Positions 34,601 to 45,100 of a DNA stretch of 64,000 bases are shown here, in pieces. Numbering within the stretch: position 1 is the first letter of the stretch; each line of letters opens with the position of its first letter. Source of the stretch: Amoebophrya sp. A120 (Eukaryota; Protista; Dinoflagellata); NCBI GenBank assembly GCA_905178155.1, contig CAJINV010000002.1, positions 7,799,650-7,863,649 of the forward strand. The letters are read 5' to 3'. The position numbers and the translations under genes are program-made. The notes under the pieces are model-generated. The model saw only the letters and a program-made list of their open reading frames with translations, did no database searches and was not told the DNA's origin.

Positions 34601-37144
34601 CCCCTTCTTTGGCCGTGGTAGTTGTATTTGTATTTGTAATTAGTAAAGTAAATTAGCAGCACTTGAAATAAACCGGTGGGAAGTTGGAACTGCCGCCAGG
34701 GGGGCATCGAACGCGATAGCAGCACTTTCTTGAAGTGAAGAGGCTACCGAGCCACTTGCATGGGTGCGAAGTGTTCTTGACTTTTCACACGAGCAAGAGC
34801 CGCACTCGTTTCCTACGTGGCACAGCTGAAAGCTCCCTCTTCCGCCGAGCGCCGCAGCTCTTGTGCCCATGCCAAGCAACATTTCAGTTGAATTCGTTTT
34901 CTAATGTCATCCTTTGTCTGCGCAACGGCTGGCGGTCTGGCCTGCATAGAAAGATAGCAAACCAGACGAAGCCACGGCCTGCCCTCTCTCTGACGTGGCG
35001 GCAAGCGCAGCACGTGTTAAAACTTTATTCCAGGCAAGCCAACCGCGGACGAAGGGTAGTATTGCGAGCTTACATGTGGTTACGCAGGGATAATTGAGCG
35101 GTCGGACATATCGACTATCCATATCCTCCGATGGTCCAACGTAGCCGCATTTCTGTAACGGATTACTTGTAACCGCGAGGCCCCCTAGGTCGCTGCCACA
35201 GTAACAGACACGCCCACTGGCTGTCAAGCCGACCCCTGCATACCGCGTATTTCGGAGATAGCAAATTTTAAAGCAATTGATCACGAACGGCCTACTGGTC
35301 TGTGGGGTCGCTATCCAATCGGCCGACACTACGTAGCAAGATCTGTACAACATACCCAACAATCCTCCGACCCAGGGACGGCCGGCTTTTATCAGCAGCG
35401 ATTGCGCCGCCAGCTCTTCGCCAACCCGTGCTGTTCTCATGTCCGCCGGCCGCTCGTAAACCGCGTTCGATAGCTTTTGCCCAATTTTCGGACTCGTCTG
35501 CAAGAGTGGATTAACTGCAGTACCGTCCCTGACCAAGTAGGAAGCGCTCTTGTGTTGCTCGGTACATCCCGCAGACGCGGCACCACTGCCCCAAGAAGGG
35601 CCGTGGCTAGCCGCAGTGGCTTTGGGGGGCTTCCACAGAGGGTTATCGTATTTACCTCCGCCGTACCAAATTTTTTCGTAGAACTCATCGCTTTGATCCG
35701 TGACGTGTTCATAGATTTTCGTAGCTTGATCTTGTGTAGGTGTACACGGCGCGGGGCCATACTGCGACCATGTATTGCCCTCCTCTGCACTCGGAAACTG
35801 TCCTGCCGGCGGTACACAGTCGCCCTTCAACCCGCTGCCCCCGTGGCCGGCTGCCTTCTGCATGTGTTCCGATAGCCCGCTCGCTGTAGCTGCGCGCACT
35901 TCCGTTGGTCGTAAGCCGCCCACCGGCCTCCTGCCCCCGTGGCCGAACTTGTGCCCCGCTTCCCTTTGAGTGTGCTCCGATAGGCTCGCAGCCGCAGCAA
36001 CGTCTATCCCTTGCGCCTTTGCAAAGGCCTCCCATACATAGCAACACCGCAGGTTAATGATGTGCGCCCAACACCCGATGAATGGCGGCTTGCATCCAGC
36101 CCACTGCGTCGTCCTCCTCTCCACGCATTCCTTTTCGGAATCATCTTTGACCTCGTTCTGTGCGTCGTTGAGTTCTAGTGATATCGCCCCGCAGTTTATG
36201 CCGGAGCACTCGTCGGGGTTTTCGTCTAGTGTCCCAACGTCGTCCCCTTTTAGCTTGTTATCACTATCCCTGTACGCCTTAAAACAGTGATACCCCTGCC
36301 TGTCGGGAAACCCTCCGGTTTTCGGATCATTCCTGCAATAAGCTCTATGGTGCAGGGGATTCAGCTTCTTTCTGCACTGGAACACTTTTGTCAGGGGATT
36401 GTCAACGAGGCCGATGGTGTTCCTCGCAGTTTCGTCCGCGCAGTAGCACTCCGTTCCCGACTGCACAGCAGAGTGAAGCGCCCTAGCGTACTTAAACTTT
36501 TGAGCTGAATATCTCGCGCATAGGTTCGCGCATTCTTCTACCGCTGCCGTGGCGGTCACCGAGCCTGCATATTTTGGCATCGCTCGGTACGCATCTCGCA
36601 GCGCAACGATGGAAGCGGAGAAGTCATGCCAGCACCCTCGGTATGTGAGAACGGTCCTTTCATCGTAATCGAGGTCCGGCACAACCAGCCCAGTCCACGG
36701 AATCGGCGACTCAAGGAACGCCTCTGCCTGGGACCTCTCTATCTCAGTAAAGGCGTCTGCTCCAGATCCAGTAGTAAGTTTCACAAATTGTTCTGATTCA
36801 TCAGTAAACCACCAAGACTTCTCTTTTTCTTCGTCCTTATCAGCGCCATCGGCGCCCCACTGATAGCTCTGTGCGTTGCTTCTTAGGTACCCCTTAGGTT
36901 CCAACTCGGCGTTATGCACGAAAAACCCGCCGATATCTCCACGAAGGGACTCGAAACTAAGCAGCGTCATCCGCCACATTTCTTCTTCACCAGTGTACGG
37001 ATAAGTTCCGCAGGGGCACGCACATACGCAGGCCGCTTCATCATAGGGCGGAATCAAATGCTCAGGTCGGTCTGGCTGTTGTAGGCCAACGATCAGCGCT
37101 CTCATCACATGCCAAAGCAACGAAGTCGCACGTAGATGAGGCAT
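31686..37144 (-). CDS. Cys-rich type-I membrane/surface protein with two WSC-like domains and furin/EGF-like CxxC repeats; 5' end and some junctions unresolved
   Basis: YRGCWHD...VEECANLC...FKYA...QSGTECYC and CFKICYLRNTRYAGVG...CYCGSD (WSC-like). CxxCxxGY repeats in 32459-33100. TM helix LAMWGIIGSVFIGAVFFVYHVV. Tyr/Gly tail TYQDPYGG...YGGGYGY* ends at 31686. Confidence 0.65.
31768..32059. mobile_element. TIR introner relic forming a canonical GT-AG intron (31767-32060)
   Basis: Ends TATCAAACGCAACTAGATCTGGGTCTGG and CCAGACCCAGACACATTTGCGATGCATA share the TIR core of subfamilies A/B. The minus strand reads ACG|GTATGC...TTTGATAG|ACC, joining MGGDPT-TYQDPY. Confidence 0.8.
33089..33373. mobile_element. 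TIR introner, subfamily B (285 bp), TSD TTCGG
   Basis: TATGCATTGCAAGTATGTCTGGGTCTGGAA ... TTCCAGAGGTGGACCTAGACATACTTATTTGCATTTGATA. TTCGG at 33084-33088 and 33374-33378. Removal gives YCVTCPN-MPGCED. Internal CGGAGAGGGCATTTCTC is shared with 62027-62313. Confidence 0.9.
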
Positions 37145-38639
37145 TCAATCTAGCCACAGAAATCAAAATGCAAGTGGCAAGGACGCCGCATGGTAATAAA
37201 TGACGCATGCATGATGATGCTGCACCTTTGTGCTTCCAGCATTCCATCCGGTTAGGAATGGAATGGAAGCATTCCATTCGGTCCCTTAGTTGCGTTAAGA
37301 GGAGAACGCCTTTTGGACTTTTCCAACCTTTGAATGCGGCACGCCCGAGGGAGCAAACGTACTCCGTCGCTGTGAAATAAGAAGTAGCGCGAAACCTTTT
37401 TTCGTGCAAATGAATAAGGCGAAGAGGAAAGGGAAAACACACACACCGACCGACAGCCCGAGGCCGTGTGTGGGGTCGTAAATTGGCGAGGCCTCTCACA
37501 AAAAGAGCCTAGTCGCATCGCTGCGTTCGTTGCGCCATGGACTAAAAAAAAAGACAGCCAGTGATGGCTAGCCCAATGCCCCAAGCCCCGCCGTGGCCAC
37601 CTGCCGATCTGTTGATCAAGCGCGTGCTGGCCGGTGCAGGCGGAAGCGAGTCGAAACCTGCAAGGAACGCTTCCGCGTCTCTTGGTTCCACCGCTCGAAG
37701 CGCAAGCGGAGGCGATGCCTGTATCAAATATAAACTTCTCCAGTTGCACCTTCCTCCAAAAAATGAAATAGAAAACGAACCCCGGGCAAAAATAAAACGC
37801 GGCTCGGCTATGTTTGTATCTATTCCCTACATTGAAAGCTATTTTTGGAGCTTCCACAACATCACGAACGCCTTCAAACTGTCCTGCGCCCTTTTCACGC
37901 CCAACCTACGGACAACGACAAGGTGCACTCGAGTATAAAATAAACTTACGAACTTTTCAAGTTGTGAGTTTTTCACGACAGAAGTTTCCGCAAGAAATAC
38001 GCGCCTGTGTGAGAATCCGAGCACCTTGCCAAAAATAAACTACCTCCACAGTTCAGGCAGCGGAACGTGCACCTGCGTGCCAGAACTTCTGGCGACCAAT
38101 CGCACAAAGCTATGTCGGTCAACAATGACACTCAAGGCTCGGTCAACAATGACACTATACAGGCCACCCTTGCTTGAAATAAACCCTGCTGCTCCATTCG
38201 AAGCGGAAGCTCTTTTGATCCGCATGTTGTACCTTCTGCAGCGGAAACTGGCGCTTCAAGAGAATATGTACTCATCTTGTAGCTCTTGAGAGGAGGCTGC
38301 GTTGAGCCTGAGACCCACAATCTTTCTCAGGAAAGACGGCAGCTTTAGACGAACGTCGAAAGACCTAAAAAGCGGAACTCTACTGGACATATTTGATCGG
38401 GCGTCTCTTGCAGAAACACTCGGAGCACTTACTTACATCAAAACACGGGGGTCCACGTCCAGAGAAATTCAATAGAATTAGAAATTTCAATTCGCACCAC
38501 AAAAGTAAACAACACACGGTTGCCAGATTGTCATCCTCGTTTGCGACTGCGGCGCTTGCTGTAGTTGTACTCTTCATAGCATTACAAAGGAACCGATTGT
38601 GCCGGACACTATCTCCAGCGATTTGGTTAACCGGTCACA

Positions 38640-39032
38640 TATGCATTGCTAATGTGCTTGGGTCTGGAAGAGCTTTCGGGTATTGATGAGTGTGCAGCTT
38701 CCTAAGCTCCAGAAGATCACTCAAAGCGAGTCCTGCGCTGCGATCCCGATCTTGGACACATTTATATGAGGCGAAATAAAGGGTCGGCGGGGGGGAGGGT
38801 CCAGAGGGTCGGAGAGGGTGGGATAGGGCGGCCCACTAGACGACCCTCTATCGCGACCCCCACGGGACCCTCTAGGCTACCTCTCGGGGCACCCTCTCGG
38901 ACCCTCTACGACCCTCCCACGGAACCTCTCCCGGACCCTAGACCGGAGGGAATACAGATCGCCTGCCTGCGCGCAGTCCCCCGCTCTTAAAGAGAATAGG
39001 TTCCAGACCAGAGGTCTGCTGGTGTTCCGATT
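38640..39032. mobile_element. Decayed TIR element (TSD TCACA/TCAGA) carrying an internal GACCCTCT repeat array
   Basis: Left end TATGCATTGCTAATGTGCTTGGGTCTGGAA; right end TTCCAGACCAGAGG...CCGATT. Flanks 38635-38639 and 39033-39037 match 4/5. Confidence 0.55.
38780..38950. repeat. Array of about 12 short (G)ACCCTCT/AGAGGGTC motifs in both orientations
   Basis: gagggtccagagggtcggagagggt... followed by cgaccctcta...gaccctctagg...accctctcggaccctctacgaccctccc. Confidence 0.7.
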
Positions 39033-39886
39033 TCAGACCGGGCCGGCTGTTCAAAGCGAGTGCGCCGCTCTACGTCCTCGCGAGGGCGAGGGGGTTTAAC
39101 ATTACATAAATCCGCCAAAGAACTGCAGGCGAACGCACGTTTCCGAAAAGTCCCCAAACGAAACCGGTTTCGCGCGTTCGCTCCCATGAGTAAAACGTAA
39201 CCGGGATCGGTCTGTTATGTGCTAACTTTTTGCTGAAGACCAAAATAAAGTAGACATGCAAAACCCCACATCGTCAACCCTCCACTGGACTGGCATCTTC
39301 CGTCAAGATTTCCCATCACGATTTCTAGCGACATGAAGCGTCAAAAAAGCGATCACGGGGTCTCTTTCGACGATACCGTGCCTGCCATCGCTTTGCTGGT
39401 CGTGACCGGCTCAGCTTTCTGAGAGCTTGATGGCGGGGGCGCCTGCTGCCTTGGACAGGAAAGCGCAGGAGTGCCGAATGAAACATGTCCATGTCGTACA
39501 TGAGAGATCACACAAGCAAAATCCTGTGACATCGGGCTCAGAACAGACGCCAAACTGTATGGCCTACCGTCGGCGCCTTGCTTTTGCGCGGCCCGAGAGA
39601 TACGCTAGAAGGCGCCATGGAAGGTAGGTCGAAGCTGTTGGGCTTAGTCCGTATTTTTTTTCTGTGCTGAATGGCTAAAGTAAAATATGTGCCTGAAACA
39701 TTTGGCTTAGGCGTTACGAAGTTGGAACCTTGGCTCTATCTTCGCACATGCGCATAGTCGGCGTCTGGGCCAGATGGCTTCCGCACCAGCGGGACGGCCG
39801 TGTCGCAGCCCTCCTTCTTTTTGTTCGCCCATGTGACGCCCCGCAGCGGCCTATCGGTTTCCAGCAGCGGGACGCTATCCGGGCGG

Positions 39887-40581
39887 CTACTTCACAATTG
39901 CTTGGCCGCCGCCCGCCTCTCTATTTATTTGATGACTTAACAACTTTGCAAGCTTCCAGGAACTGGTATTATCCCGATCTACGTTCTCGCAGACCAAGAC
40001 ACATTCTGTGGCAGGTGATATATCCAGGCAGCACCGCGAAGCGTTCCAAGCTGTGGCATGTATCCGTAGTAGAGTCTCGGCTGCGGCAAGCCTGAGCTTT
40101 CGCGGGTATGAATACTTCAAGTAGCATCTGATCCCCCTAGCGGCCTGGAATAATTCCAAAAATTTTCGTCGTTTTTGACTCTTTGATGAAAAAATTGCGG
40201 CCATCTGCTCTTGCACTTTTGGAAAATTCCCATACAAGGGTCTTGCACCGGAATTCACCGCTTTTGGCTCTTTTGCGAAAAAACTCAACCATAAAGAGTC
40301 TTGCACCGTTTTCGATTCTTGTGTGAAAAGCTTCCGGCAATCTGCTTTTGCACTTTTGGAAAATCAAAATTCGCAGAAAAGAGTCTTGCACTTCTGGAAA
40401 ATCTCCCGGCTCGTCATCTTGCGCCAAAATTATTCCAGGCCGCTGAGTCGGAAGATCAGTTGCTAATTCAAGCCTTCATATGCGTTGGCTTTGCACCGTA
40501 TGAACTCGCCCGCTTTGACCAAGTTGCCGGGAATCATTTTGTCATCGTCATCACATTGCTCCTCTCGTTTTGCCCCTCCCT
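39887..40581 (-). CDS. Probable exon(s) of an unannotated gene, split by a TIR element
   Basis: The only open frame upstream of the element (EQCDDDDKMIPGNLVKAGEFIRCKANAYEGLK) joins the long frame downstream (YSYPRKLRLAAAETLLRIH...) when the element plus one TTCAA is removed. Boundaries are approximate. Confidence 0.45.
40121..40466. mobile_element. MITE-like TIR element of a different family (346 bp), TSD TTCAA
   Basis: Perfect 17-bp IR AGCGGCCTGGAATAATT (40139-40155 and 40428-40444) plus outer IR TAGCA(T/A)CTGATC. TTCAA at 40116-40120 and 40467-40471. Five internal TCTTGCAC-type repeats. Confidence 0.85.
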
Positions 40582-42112
40582 ATCCTGAGCAAAAACGTAT
40601 CCACCCTGTAGTCAAGTACAGCACTCTAAAGCACAAATCTAGAACTATTGGGAGTCGCGCATGACGCATTTTGTATCTGTCGTGCGATGCTTGTGTGCAA
40701 GGGCAGCCGCAGCAGAAAGCCGTCCGCTTATCCTGTTCGCAGCAAATTCCAAAACACGACTAGAGCTACCCAGAGACAAGCCTCTCGTGAGGATGTCCAT
40801 ATTTGTACAAATGTTTAACCATCATCATCTTGTAATGGACACATGCACCCAGCGACACGTGCTAAGGACAAGGAGTAGAAGCAGAAGGAAGTGCAAATCT
40901 GCGTGACAACTTCGGAATGCTTTTGTACTAGCAAAAGACCGCACCAAACCAGGGAGAAACTTCAGATTTTGACAAAGGAAAAGAGAAGGACAACGAAACG
41001 ACGAAGCAAAGAGGGATGGTCTTTACTCAGGATACTCCCCCACCTTTCCATGTCGTCGTTTCCATGTGGCTTGCGGTACGTGCTCGTCCTGCTGTTTCAT
41101 TTTTTCCGTCCCGATGCGCATAAGAAAGCAACCTGCTAGAAGTATGGCCTTCTCGGGTATGACGGCCCTCGAACAACCGCTGAGGCAAACGAATTATCGT
41201 AAAAAATTAAGTAGAAAATGTATCTAACTATGTATCGTCAAAAAAAAAAGTGAAACGAGCTTGTCTTTGCTGCGTTTTTGCTCACGCCCGTAAGTACCCA
41301 ATAAATTGTGGCAACCAGCCAACAAGACAATCTTAGAGATCATGGCACTGAAATCATGAATAGAAAAAGGCAACGATACAGGAACTCCCATGCGAGAATT
41401 TGTCTCCTTTAAGAAACGTTTCATTTGTGTGCAGGCATCACAAATCAGAAAAAAACGCCTGCGAGCTTTATCACACCGACGAAAGCCATATTAACTGGTG
41501 TTAGTTGATTGCAAGAGGCCGTCATCATAATCGTCGTGCCCTGCGGTCGTGGTTATCATGGAGAAAGAAATGTCATCTCCCGATGAGAAAACGACTCGGC
41601 TCTTCAGGGTTAGATTGTACGTCGCATCTTCTTGGGATTTATGGAGATATCATTGTCGATGTACGACTAGGGATTCTACTTTAAACCACGTACAAGCACA
41701 CGCGCTCTTCGTCGACTGAGAGGCTTGCAGCTCGGACAAACACAAGCAGAAGCTTCCAGCACTTCACGCCGGCAATCAAAAATAGCGCATGGAAGTTTGT
41801 ACCTCTTGGCGCATTTTATGCAAACGGAGTTTTTGATAAGCCCCTCTCTTCTTGTTTCATGCGCCGCTAACAGCTGTACGCACAATTCATTGAAATAAAT
41901 TGGATTTGGAATTCTCACAGAGTAGTAAATTTGGGCTCCCGTGTCATATCGCGACTCATCGGCCGATCTCGCTTTGGTTATTTTCATTCACGTGGGATCG
42001 TACATTACGTCACAAAGAAACTGACCCAAATTCTCAAGCAGGAGAAGCATCAGCATGCATATCAATTTATACGTTTACCTTTTCGGCGAAACAAACCCTT
42101 TCTGCCCGCCAC

Positions 42113-45100
42113 TCAGGAGATGACCATGACAACTCGCACTTTGGTACAGCCGACTTCTGCGTCTTCATCTGCTGTACTGGCGGCCGAGGACACCACTACT
42201 GTCGTGTGCTTTTTCATCCCGCCGCCACGAGCCGCTTGCTTGAAAGAAGGACCCGAAGCTGCTTCACCTGAGGAAGTGGTGCGCCGACGACCCTTTTTCT
42301 TGTCGTACACGGTCGTCGAATGGTCCGTTTCCTTTTGCCGAGGCACAACAGCTGCCGCTTCCCCTTGAACCTGTTCCTGCTCATCGTCATACAGGGAAAT
42401 TTGATGAGCGAGTTAATAAAACTTTACTTATACGAACACGAAGTTGTACAAAAGTGATGTTTCCATTCTTTCTTTTGAACAAACGAGAGTCCGAATTTTC
42501 GTTAGCAGTAGCGCCGCTCCTGTGCGAGGCAGCTTACGGGTCTTCACTGATGTAAGATAGTAGTTCTCGCTTCGCTTGCAACAAATATGGCAGCAGAGCA
42601 AAAAAGAACGATGCTCATGCTCATTTGTCCAGCAAAGGCGCAGAATGCCTATTTGCTGTTGCTCGCTTCATCAGGAACAAATCAACAAGCTATTCCTCAT
42701 CAGTTCCCTTTCGTAGCGGTGCAAATTGACGGTGTCAGACGACGACGTCAAGGAAACTTCGTCATTTCCGGGTGCCGCTTGTATGAGCCGAAAAAAATGA
42801 AGCTAGTAGCATAGCATTACAATAATTGCGATGCACAACTATCGAAAAAAGAACGCAACATTCTATACATAAGTGGTCAACCCAATCGAAATCTTTTACA
42901 ACTTTTTGCATCTTTACAATCATGTCATAATTCGCAACTATGCTACTAGTAGCTTTTATTCATTTATCTGCCATAACAATTTCTCGCAAGCCGGCATTTC
43001 GGTTGGTGTCTGTTGCGGTGCCGCAGCGAATCAAAAAGGATGTCCATGCCAGCAGGGCGACAAGCAAGATATCCCGCGCAAAAAGCCGTGTAAGCTGTCA
43101 ACTACATCCAACGAGATTTATGCATGCCCATTCAGTCTCTCTACGAGTTTATTCTTCAGCATGTTAACAACCTTCAACTTTTCTTCTTTGATTTAAGTGA
43201 GAGGTCCTCGTGTGTGCCTAGTCATTGAAACGCTCTTCATGGTGGAAATTGCGACACGTCTTCTTTACCTCTTCGCCGCATGCATGATCATGCCACCTAC
43301 GGCACAAGTCTTTGGCAATGCATTCGTTTGTCACACGGAAAAAAAGCGTGGCAGAAAATGAGAAGCAGACTCCTTCCCAGATTTCTGTTTTGTGTTATTC
43401 TCATCCACACGATATTTATCGTTTCGGCGGAGCTAGGTGTCTGCAAAGACTAGGTTCCTACTTCTACAGTGCGAAATGATATGACCGCTTCTAGATAACA
43501 CGACAAATCTTGCGCTTCATAGCAAGCGAAGTATGCCAGAGGTAAGTTCCGCGACGAGTACCATCAAGCCCCCTCCATGCCTTTGCTCTGTGCTGACGCC
43601 ACCCAGGCCTTCATCGTTGTAGCCTCGTTACAATTGAATATGTAAGGCAAGTGCTGTCATCGTCGTGAAACTCAAACCTGATAAAATTACTTGCATGCCA
43701 AAGTTAAGTAGCTAGTTCGCCAAGAGAGCGTCGCATTGACTGCATTTAACGCCTCAGCCTTACCATGATGAGCAAGTAGAGGCTCACATCCAAATACTCA
43801 AATGTTTTTTCTGTTGCCTTTCCAAGCTGCACAGCTACTCTTTTAGAACGTTCTCTCTCTCTTGCCAAAAAGGACAGCAAGGTGAAAGGACATGAAGCAA
43901 GCAGTACTCGCTCTAGTACTTCTGCGTTTGATAGAAAGTGGCAGCGCGGCCAGACGGTACTTTTCGTGGCTGGTTCAGAGGGCGGCCATGATTCAAATCC
44001 GTATCCCAGCGCCAGGTCGAGGCGAGCAATCGTGAAAAAGTAAGAAAAAGCATCGCCCTTGATTCAAAGGCCAGTGTGTGTACACTCCAGCACAAGTGCG
44101 CACAGGAAAAATTCGAACTTCCGTGCCACTTGTTGCAGTTGTTTCCACTTGTATTTATTCTGCGCAGCGCACGACAAGGGTAGCTCACTGTACGAGAAAA
44201 GACGCATACAATACAACGACACACTTGTGTTTTGATAATGATATTTCTGAAATGGTGTAAAAAATTGAATCAAGCCTCTCTGATGAGGCCAAAAGTAAAT
44301 CACGATCAGAGATTTCATCTTCGTCGCCCTGTCCTCCGGTGTGGTCAACAATACAAAATCTGCTTATCCTTCATTCAGGTTTGGAACAAAAAAGACAAAC
44401 GGCAAATTCATTGATCTGACTGTATTGCGCAAGGTGGGTGATTATGCTGCCTGGGCTACTTTCAAGAACAAGCTCACCCTTTTTGTTTTTTTCTAATTCT
44501 AATGCAGGGAAACTGGAAAGGAACTACCATGACTTTCCTTTCACGATTGCGCATCTTGTTCTGAAGCCTGCATAAAATCGTCGGCCACGCCGGGGCACAT
44601 AACTCGGCGATGCGGCTCTGGATAGAATGCTTAGTCGCAGCACTAGAGTCCATCGTACCATCATCGTGGTCCTCGTACTTGGTTCGCTTCCTTCGGCGGG
44701 CCTCAATTCCGGCTACCGATCCATTCGCGCCACCGCGAGCAGCTGCGCTCGTCCGTCTGGTTGAGCGACGAGATCTTATACACTGGTTTATTCTACTCGT
44801 CTGTACTTCTCCGGTTCGCTTCTCGGTCGCTACCTGCCGTTTGCTGCGGAGGTCAAAACTTCGGTGAGGAACTGGTGCGGCTGAAGCGCAGTACGCAGTC
44901 CTCCGGGTCGTTCGTTTGGTTCTTGTTGGTGAGGAAAGAGTATCAAATACAAGCATGCTGCCATCCTGGTCTGGAGCAGGTGCAAGGCCTTCATGCCACT
45001 CGTGCATCCATAAACCTAGAAATGAATCGGAAACCGTGCATGCCACAGCTATGTTCTTTCCAGGTCTATCTATGCATATTACATCCCTGTCAATTATCCC

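Noticed and set aside
34630-35110. Possible TAT...ATA introner starting at CGA|TATGTC
   Set aside because: No matching TSD or inverted repeat found at the other end.
38780-38950. CRISPR-like array
   Set aside because: Units are about 8 nt, in both orientations, without regular unique spacers. The context is eukaryotic and there are no cas genes.
39040-40120. Autonomous transposase or reverse transcriptase between the two TIR elements
   Set aside because: No DDE, RT or RNase H motif and no long ORF found. The sequence is better explained as host exons or introns.
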